From Candidatus Methylomirabilia bacterium (GTDB lineage: Bacteria > Methylomirabilota > Methylomirabilia > Rokubacteriales > CSP1-6): a stretch of DNA of 23,122 nt. Numbering within the stretch: the first letter of the stretch is position 1; the number at the start of each line of letters is the position of its first letter. The stretch spans positions 1 to 23,122 of the forward strand of contig JBGQHJ010000076.1 in assembly GCA_041497895.1 (NCBI GenBank), read 5' to 3'. A program made the translations under genes and the position numbers. The notes beneath the pieces were generated by a model. That model was not told the DNA's origin. It saw only the letters and a list, made by a program, of their open reading frames with translations, and did no database searches. Positions 16,843 to 23,122 of the stretch are shown in pieces.

Positions 16843-16853
16843 GGCGTCGGAGG

Positions 16854-18323
16854 CTAGCGGGGCCGGTCGGCCGGCCGGGCGAGCACCTGGGCGGCGGCCT
16901 TCTCGACCGCGGTGCCCTTGAAGAAGTCCGGGTTGACCTCGCCCCAGAAGCGCACCGCGTTGCCGAACATGAAGTCGCGGAAGTCGTCGTCGGTGAGCAG
17001 GCCGTGCTCGACCAGCTCGTAGGCCTCGGGGACGACCGCGGTCATGTCCGGCACGTCGAAGTGGCCGATGTCGGAGCTGAAGATCGCGTTCAGGCGGGCG
17101 CGCATCGGATTCGCGGTGGCGTTGAACGCCCAGGCGTTGGCGGGGTCGTCGGCCTCGCAGCCGAAGTAGAAGCGCGGCACGAAGAGGTCCCGGATGTCCT
17201 GCTTCTTCTCGATCCGGCAGCGGAAGTAGTCGTCGACGTCCTCCACCCCGCCGGTCAGCGTCGAGTTCGAGTCGCCCTCGAGCCCCTCGCCGCGGCGCAC
17301 CGCCTCGACCAGCTCGGGCCGGCCGTACTTCTGGGCCAGCTCGAGCAGCCGCGCCCGATCGAGCTGGCTCGGATGCGTCGACTGGATGGCCTGACCGTTG
17401 CGCTTCTCCCAGTGGCCGATCAGGTCCGCGTAGAGCATGCAGGCCCAGCCGACCCCGCCCTCGAGGAACGCGAAGTTGAGGTCCGGGAAGCGGCGGGTGA
17501 CGCCGCCGAAGAAGAGCGCCTTGGCCACCGCGTGGCCCGCGGAGGCGAAGTGGCCGATGTGGTTGTAGCAGAAGTTCGACGGCGAGTTGCGCAGCAGGAT
17601 GGAGCGCGCCCCGTTGTGGAAGGTCGGGGCCAGCCGGAGCTCGCGGCACCTCATCCACACCGGGTCGTAGTCGTGGGGGCTGTCGAGGCCGATCACGTCG
17701 TACCACTCGACCAGGCCCGCCGCGTCGGGCCGCTCCTCGGCCAGCGCCGGCACCGGTCGCCGCATCATGCCGCCGACCATGATGACCTTGTAGCCGAGCT
17801 GGGTGGCCGCGAACTCGATCTCCTCGATGGCCTCCTCGGGCGTGTACATCGGGATGATCGCGGCCGGGATGACGCGATCCCCGAGCCCGCGGAACTGGTC
17901 GGCCGCGAAGACGTTGTAGGCGCGGCAGATGGCCCGGCGCAGCCGCGTGTCCTGCATGCGGTGGTAGCCCAACCCGGCGGTGGGATAGACCACTGAAAAA
18001 TCGATGCCGAGATCGTCGAGGCGCTCGTACATGAGCCGCGGCAGCATGGCGGTCGCGCGGTCGAGGGTGTTCTCGCACGGCGAGGACCAGAACGCCTCCT
18101 GCCCGACGCGGCGCCGGGCGCGCTCGGCCACCGTCATCTTGAGGGAGTTGGGCACGCGCTGGCTGGCCAGGGCCAGGCCCTCCGCCGCGGCCTCGCCGCC
18201 GATGCGCCGGAACTCCTCGCGCATCACCGGCCCGTACTCCAGCCAGTGGCCGTCGGCGTCGATGACCGGGTGGGTGAGGCGGGCGTGAAGCGTCCTGGCG
18301 TCCAGGTGGCCGTTATGGCTCAT
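16854..18323 (-). CDS. Amidohydrolase family protein
   Basis: 'HPVIDADGHWLE', 'CRAYN', 'PTFH', 'FAFLEGGVGWA', 'FGCEADD' and 'FSSDIGHFD'. Confidence 0.9.
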   Translation of the reverse strand: MSHNGHLDARTLHARLTHPVIDADGHWLEYGPVMREEFRRIGGEAAAEGLALASQRVPNSLKMTVAERARRRVGQEAFWSSPCENTLDRATAMLPRLMYERLDDLGIDFSVVYPTAGLGYHRMQDTRLRRAICRAYNVFAADQFRGLGDRVIPAAIIPMYTPEEAIEEIEFAATQLGYKVIMVGGMMRRPVPALAEERPDAAGLVEWYDVIGLDSPHDYDPVWMRCRELRLAPTFHNGARSILLRNSPSNFCYNHIGHFASAGHAVAKALFFGGVTRRFPDLNFAFLEGGVGWACMLYADLIGHWEKRNGQAIQSTHPSQLDRARLLELAQKYGRPELVEAVRRGEGLEGDSNSTLTGGVEDVDDYFRCRIEKKQDIRDLFVPRFYFGCEADDPANAWAFNATANPMRARLNAIFSSDIGHFDVPDMTAVVPEAYELVEHGLLTDDDFRDFMFGNAVRFWGEVNPDFFKGTAVEKAAAQVLARPADRPR

Positions 18324-18390
18324 GGCGAGGCCTCCAGAGCAAGAGTGGGTACTCCGATCCCGCGATCACGTATCGGCCGGGGACATCGCG

Positions 18391-19488
18391 TCAGAAGACG
18401 ATGACCCCGCGGCCGACCGCGTCGGTGTCGAGGTCCTCGTAGGCCCGGTTGATGTCGGCGAGGGGGTAGCGCCGGGTCACGAGGCTGTCGATGTCGAGCA
18501 GGCCGCGGCCGTACCAGTCGGCGATCCGCGGCATGTCCTGGCGGGATCGGGCCGAGCCGTAGTAGCAGCCGCGGATGGTCTTCTCCATTCGCGTGATGAC
18601 CAGCGGCTCGATCACCGCGTCGTCGCCGATCGGGGCGATGCCCACGATCACCGCGGTGCCGCGCTTTCTCAGCATGTCGACGGCCATGCGGGTGGTGGCG
18701 CCGCCGCCGTAGGCCTCGAAGGCCCAGTGCGCGCCCCCGCCGGTGATGGCCTTCACGCGCTCGACCGCGCTCTCGGTCCGCGCGTTCACGGTGTGGGTCG
18801 CGCCGAACTTGCGGGCGAAGTCGAGCGCGGCGGCCTTGACGTCGACCGCCACGATGGTGGTGGCCCCGGCCAGCCGCGCGCCCTGCAGGACGTTGACGCC
18901 GACCCCGCCGCAGCCGATCACCGCCACCGAATCCCCCGGCTGCACGCCCGCGTTGAACAGCGCGGCGCCGACGCCGGTGGTGACGCTGCAGCCGATGAGG
19001 GCCATCTGGGGGAAGTCGAGCCCGGCGGGCGCGGGGACGCAGCCGGTCTCGGGGACGACCGCGTGATCGGCGAAGCACGCCACCTTGCCCATGTGGGTCA
19101 GGTCCTGGCCCGCGAGGGTGTGCAGCCGCGAGGTGTTGTCGAAGAGCTTGCCGGTGGTGCGCGCGTGCTCGTCGCAGAGGTACGGCCGGCCGGTCTCGCA
19201 CGAGGGGCAGTGGCCGCAGTTGGGCACGAAGCTCAGGATGACGCGGTCGCCCGGCTTGACCAGGGTGACGCCCTCTCCGATCGCGAGGACGGTGCCGGAG
19301 CCCTCGTGCCCCAGCACCGCGGGCAGGGCGATGGTCGCCTCGCCCTTCTGGAAATGGAGGTCGCTGCGGCAGACGCCGGCGGCGCCCACCTTGACGAGGA
19401 CCTCGCCGCGCCGGGGCGGGTCGAGCTCCACGGTCTCGATCGAGTACGGCTTGTTGACGTCGTGGAGCACCGCGGCGGTGATGCGCAT
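18391..19488 (-). CDS. Zn-dependent alcohol dehydrogenase (class III-like MDR)
   Basis: 'GVCRSDLH', 'LGHEGSG', structural Zn CGHCPSC...C, 'IGCSVTTGVGA' and 'GCGGVG'. Confidence 0.93.
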   Translation of the reverse strand: MRITAAVLHDVNKPYSIETVELDPPRRGEVLVKVGAAGVCRSDLHFQKGEATIALPAVLGHEGSGTVLAIGEGVTLVKPGDRVILSFVPNCGHCPSCETGRPYLCDEHARTTGKLFDNTSRLHTLAGQDLTHMGKVACFADHAVVPETGCVPAPAGLDFPQMALIGCSVTTGVGAALFNAGVQPGDSVAVIGCGGVGVNVLQGARLAGATTIVAVDVKAAALDFARKFGATHTVNARTESAVERVKAITGGGAHWAFEAYGGGATTRMAVDMLRKRGTAVIVGIAPIGDDAVIEPLVITRMEKTIRGCYYGSARSRQDMPRIADWYGRGLLDIDSLVTRRYPLADINRAYEDLDTDAVGRGVIVF

Positions 19489-19531
19489 GATCTTCTCCCG
19501 GCGCGCCGCGCTCGGCGGCGCGACTTTCGGT

Positions 19532-20935
19532 TCAGGTGTCGAGCGCGGTGGCGTGCCGGGCCAGGGCCAGCGCCGGCGCGTCGGGCGCGAGCCCGACCGT
19601 CTCCGCCCGGCGGACGAACTGGCTCCACGCCTGCCGTTGCTCCGCGGCCTGGCCGGTGCGGCCGTAGGCCCACGCCAGCGCGGCAAGCGACGGCAGGTGG
19701 TTGGGGTTCTGCAGCAGGCGCTCCTGGGCGAGCGCGGTCACCTCGCGCGGGTGGTCGAGGCGCCGGTGCAGCTCGAGGAACACGTCCCGGAAGATGTCCT
19801 TCTGCTCGCGGCTGCCGCCGCCCATGGCGTGGATGCGCCCGATCGCGGTCGCCATCCGCGCGACCGCGTCGGCGTCGTCGCCCCGCACCATGGCGAGCTC
19901 GCCCTCGAGGATGTCGGCGCCGACCGTGGACCAGTGCCCGCTCGCGCGGCCCTCGGGCAGCCGTCTCAGATAGGCCACCTGCCGCTCGGCCTTCGCCGTC
20001 TCCCCGGCGCGGGCGAAGGCCACGCCGATCCAGTGGTGCATCCAGATGGTCAGGGCGTCGGCGTGCTCGAGCAGCCGCTCCGCCTCGGCGGCCAGGTCCT
20101 TCCAGACCGCGTCCGGGGTCGAGACGTGGTGCAGGGTCTCGAGCCGCCAGAGCAGCTGCACGCGCTCGTAGAGCGGCAGGGCGGGCGTGGTCGAGCCCCA
20201 GTAGTCGCGCGTGATGCGCTCGTGGCCCAGGATGGCCTGCGCGTCGGCGAGATGCCACAGCACGTGGGTGTGGCGCTCGAGCGAGGCGGCGCGCTCGAAC
20301 GTCTCGATCGCCCGCGGATAGTCGCCCCGGGCCTGATAGGCGTGCCCCACCGCGTGGTAGGTGTAGAGGTTGGTGGGATCGAGCGCGAGCGAGCGGGCGC
20401 TCATCGCGAGGCCCTCGTCGTTGTAACCCGACTGCTCGAGGAAGAAGCCCAGCATGGTCATGAACTGGGGCTCGGCCGGATCCGCGTCGAGGCTCCGGCG
20501 CGCGATGACCATGCCGCCCTCGTAGTCGCCCTGCATGATGCAGTTGAGGCCCACGATGCGCACGATCAGCCGGTCGAGCGGATAGCGCTCGGCGGTGCGC
20601 TCCAGCAGGTCCTGGGCCCTCGCGCGCTCGCCGCGCTGGAGCGCGTCGACCACCTCCACGTGCGCGCGCTCGCGCTCGTCGTGCGCCCGGTCGGCCAGGG
20701 CCATGACGTCGCGGTGGGCCGCCGAGGCCGCCGCGACCTGTCCCATGCGCCAGGCGATGAAGGCCCGCGCGCAGTGGGCGAGGACGAAGCCGGGGTCCGC
20801 CTTCACCGCCAGGGCGAGGGCCTCCATCGGGCCGCCGCGCCAGCGCAGGAAGAGATCGAGCCCGCGCTCGTAGGCCGCGAGCGCCTCCGAGGACGCGGTG
20901 GAGACCGCCAGTCCCTTGATGTCGGTGTGGGTCAT
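19532..20935 (-). CDS. Tetratricopeptide repeat protein (TTC38-like)
   Basis: 'ADPGFVLAH', 'ERERAH', 'YTYHAVGHAY', 'THVLWHLA' and C-terminal 'MGGGSREQKDIF', which resembles the GGSxAQRD motif. Confidence 0.8.
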   Translation of the reverse strand: MTHTDIKGLAVSTASSEALAAYERGLDLFLRWRGGPMEALALAVKADPGFVLAHCARAFIAWRMGQVAAASAAHRDVMALADRAHDERERAHVEVVDALQRGERARAQDLLERTAERYPLDRLIVRIVGLNCIMQGDYEGGMVIARRSLDADPAEPQFMTMLGFFLEQSGYNDEGLAMSARSLALDPTNLYTYHAVGHAYQARGDYPRAIETFERAASLERHTHVLWHLADAQAILGHERITRDYWGSTTPALPLYERVQLLWRLETLHHVSTPDAVWKDLAAEAERLLEHADALTIWMHHWIGVAFARAGETAKAERQVAYLRRLPEGRASGHWSTVGADILEGELAMVRGDDADAVARMATAIGRIHAMGGGSREQKDIFRDVFLELHRRLDHPREVTALAQERLLQNPNHLPSLAALAWAYGRTGQAAEQRQAWSQFVRRAETVGLAPDAPALALARHATALDT

Positions 20936-20965
20936 GAGCCGCGCGCCCGGTCCCGGGCGTCGGGG

Positions 20966-20977
20966 CGATCCTAGCAC
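20966..20977 (-). promoter_or_regulatory. Putative extended -10 promoter (TGcTAGGAT) of the TPR-ADH gene run
   Basis: The minus strand reads GTGCTAGGATCG about 30 nt upstream of ATG 20935, in a divergent intergenic region. Confidence 0.45.
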
Positions 20978-21108
20978 CACCGTGCCCGGCCCCTCAACAC
21001 CGGGCCGCGGGGATGTGACCCCCCCCGGGGGGAGGCCGGCGCGTCTCGAGTGGCGCTGACGGAGCAGGCGGTCCGGGGCGGGCCCGAGAAATCTCGCGGG
21101 GAACCCGG

Positions 21109-21702
21109 ATGGGTAGCTTACCGTGGTGGACGGTGGGCGCTTCCGGCCGCGTCTTCTGGAGCCTCGTCATCCTCGCGGTGGTGGCCCTCGCGGCCGCGCT
21201 GCCGCTCGCCGTCCGGCACCGCTTCGAGGGGGTCTGGATCCCGTCGACCTCCATGGTCCCGACGCTCCAGGTGGGCGACTACGTCCTGATCGACAAGGCG
21301 GCGCACTGGCCGGCGCGCGGGGACCTGGTCGTCTTCACCGACGCGAGCGATCCGAACGAGCTCCTGGTCAAGCGAATCGTCGGGCTCGGCGGGGAGGAGA
21401 TCACGGTCCAGGGGCACGAGGTCTACATCAACTGCGAGCCTCCGCTCGACGGGTGCCGCCCGGTTCCCGAACCCTATGCCGACTGGAGCGACGAAGCGCG
21501 TGCGGCGCGCGACGTGGCCCGGCTCGAGATCCCGTCCGGGTCCGTGTTCGTGATGGCCGACAACCGCAACGCGGGGGAGGACAGCCGCCACTGGGGGCCG
21601 GTGGCCCAGGCCCGCATCGTCGGCCGCCCGGTCTGGGTCTACTGGTCCTCGGACGGCGACGGCCACACCCGATGGAGCCGCATCGGTCTCCGGCTGCGCT
21701 AG
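21109..21702 (+). CDS. lepB: Signal peptidase I
   Basis: N-terminal TM helix, 'IPSTSMVPTLQVGD' (catalytic Ser), 'LVKRIVG' (catalytic Lys) and 'DNR...DSRHWG'. The start codon is uncertain. Confidence 0.9.
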   Translation: MGSLPWWTVGASGRVFWSLVILAVVALAAALPLAVRHRFEGVWIPSTSMVPTLQVGDYVLIDKAAHWPARGDLVVFTDASDPNELLVKRIVGLGGEEITVQGHEVYINCEPPLDGCRPVPEPYADWSDEARAARDVARLEIPSGSVFVMADNRNAGEDSRHWGPVAQARIVGRPVWVYWSSDGDGHTRWSRIGLRLR

Positions 21703-22605
21703 CTACTTGCCGCGCAGCTTCGGATCGAGCGCGTCGCGGAGCGAGTCGCCGAAGAGGCTGAAGCCGAAGACGGCCAGGCTGATCGCGATGCCGGGGAAGA
21801 GGCCGATCCAGGGCGCCTTCTCGGCGTAGGCCGGCGCGGAGCCCGAGAGCATCAGCCCCCACGACGGCGTCGGCTCGGCCGCGCCCAGCCCCAGGTAGGA
21901 CAGCGCGGCCTCGGCCAGGATCGCGGTGCCGAGTTGCGCGGTCAGCATGATCAGGTAGGGGGCGAACACGTTGGGCAGCAGGTGCTGCGCCACCACGCGG
22001 TAGTGGCTGGCCCCGAGACCGTGGGCGGCCTCCACGTACTGGTTCTCCTTGATCGAGAGCGCGGTGGCCCGCACCACCCGCGCCGCCCGCGGGATGATCG
22101 GGATCGCCACCGCGATCACCACGTTGGGCACCGCCGGGCCCAGGATCGAGGCCACCGCGAGGGCCAGGATCAGCTGCGGGAAGGCGAGCAGGACGTCCAT
22201 CACCCGCTCGAGGAGCAGGTCCACCGTGCCGCCGCAGTACGCGCTCACCACGCCGAGCGCCGCGCCGAGCGAGCAGCCGGCGAAGGACGCGGCGAAGCCC
22301 ACGAAGAGCGCGATGCGCGCGCCGTACATGATGCGGCTCATCACGTCGCGGCCGAACTCGTCGGTGCCGAACCAGTGGTCCGCCCCGGGCCGGGAGAACT
22401 GGGCCGCGTAGTCGGGCAGGTAGGGATCGTAGGGCGCGAGCGCGTGGGCGAGGAGGGCCACCAGCAGCATGGCCAGGATGATGACCGCCCCCGCCGCGCC
22501 CAGCGGCTTGGCCCGGACGAAGCTCGACACCTGCTCGGGCCAGGTGAGCCGGGGCGCCAGCGGGGCGGTCGCGGTGTTGCCGATGAGCGAGCTGTCGACG
22601 GCCAT
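21703..22605 (-). CDS. Peptide/nickel ABC transporter permease (DppC/OppC family)
   Basis: 'HWFGTDEFGRDVMSRIMYGARIAL', EAA loop 'YVEAAHGLGAS', 'ALSYLGLG...PSWG' and 'GDSLRDALDPK'. Confidence 0.93.
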   Translation of the reverse strand: MAVDSSLIGNTATAPLAPRLTWPEQVSSFVRAKPLGAAGAVIILAMLLVALLAHALAPYDPYLPDYAAQFSRPGADHWFGTDEFGRDVMSRIMYGARIALFVGFAASFAGCSLGAALGVVSAYCGGTVDLLLERVMDVLLAFPQLILALAVASILGPAVPNVVIAVAIPIIPRAARVVRATALSIKENQYVEAAHGLGASHYRVVAQHLLPNVFAPYLIMLTAQLGTAILAEAALSYLGLGAAEPTPSWGLMLSGSAPAYAEKAPWIGLFPGIAISLAVFGFSLFGDSLRDALDPKLRGK

Positions 22606-22606
22606 C

Positions 22607-23122
22607 TCAGTGGTATCGGATGCGCGGATCGAACCACGCGTAGGTGAGATCGATCAGGAGGTTGACGACCACGAAGCAGAGCGCGATCAGGAAGACGAGG
22701 GCCTGCACCACCGGGTAGTCCCGGTGGGCGACCGCGTCCACCACGAAGCGGCCCACCCCGTTGAGGGTGAACACGGTCTCGGTCACCACCAGGCCGCCGA
22801 TGAGGAAGGCGAACTCGGTGCCCACCAGGGTGATCACCGGGAGCATCGCGTTCTTGAGCGCGTGGCGGATCACCACCGCGCGCTCCCGCAGCCCCTTGGC
22901 CCACGCGGTGCGGATGTAGTCCTCGCGCAGCACCTCGAGCACGGTGGAGCGCGTCATGCGGGTGGTGACCGCCGCGTACCGGTACCCGACGGTCGCCACC
23001 GGCCAGACGAGCTGCTGGAAGTTGGCCCAGGGGTCCACCCACGGCGGGGTGAACTCGAGCGGCGGCCCCCAGCCGAAGTAGATCACCAGGAAGAGGATGA
23101 CCAGGATCCCGACCCAGAACGA
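22607..23122 (-). CDS. Peptide/nickel ABC transporter permease (DppB/OppB family), partial
   Basis: 'RMTRSTVLEVLREDYIRTAWAKGL', 'HALKNAMLPV', 'RDYPVVQ' and 'DPRIRY'. The 5' end lies outside the window. Confidence 0.93.
   Translation of the reverse strand, partial: SFWVGILVILFLVIYFGWGPPLEFTPPWVDPWANFQQLVWPVATVGYRYAAVTTRMTRSTVLEVLREDYIRTAWAKGLRERAVVIRHALKNAMLPVITLVGTEFAFLIGGLVVTETVFTLNGVGRFVVDAVAHRDYPVVQALVFLIALCFVVVNLLIDLTYAWFDPRIRYH

Noticed and set aside
20984..21040. GC-rich inverted repeats, including a C8/G6 run
   Set aside because: There is no U-tract and the region is between divergent genes, so it is not supportable as a terminator. No second copy was seen to suggest a REP or MITE.
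1..23122. CRISPR arrays, tRNA/rRNA genes, tRNA-Sec, transposases, additional attC sites
   Set aside because: None was recognised by eye, and intergenic spaces are mostly too short. Only one attC was found. A covariance-model scan would be needed to exclude degenerate elements.

Overview
A very GC-rich, gene-dense bacterial window of about 26 CDSs. Most are metabolic: amidohydrolases, SDRs, F420-type LLM/PPOX oxidoreductases, a family III CoA-transferase, a DAO-family oxidase, TrxC, an Fe-S aldo/keto reductase, lipid-modifying membrane proteins, a Zn-ADH, a TPR protein, signal peptidase I and peptide ABC permeases. The gene repertoire resembles soil bacteria such as Ca. Rokubacteria (inference only). 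Two signals are not captured by the ORF track. (1) An OsmC/Ohr-family gene (2726-3127) has an in-frame TGA exactly at the catalytic Cys position, followed 11 nt later by a SECIS-like hairpin, so it is very probably a selenoprotein. (2) A lower-GC integron gene cassette (SAM methyltransferase, 13887-14618) has a complete attC site and an attI-like left flank, but no integrase lies in the window. It sits behind an apparent host promoter and next to a truncated alpha/beta-hydrolase gene.
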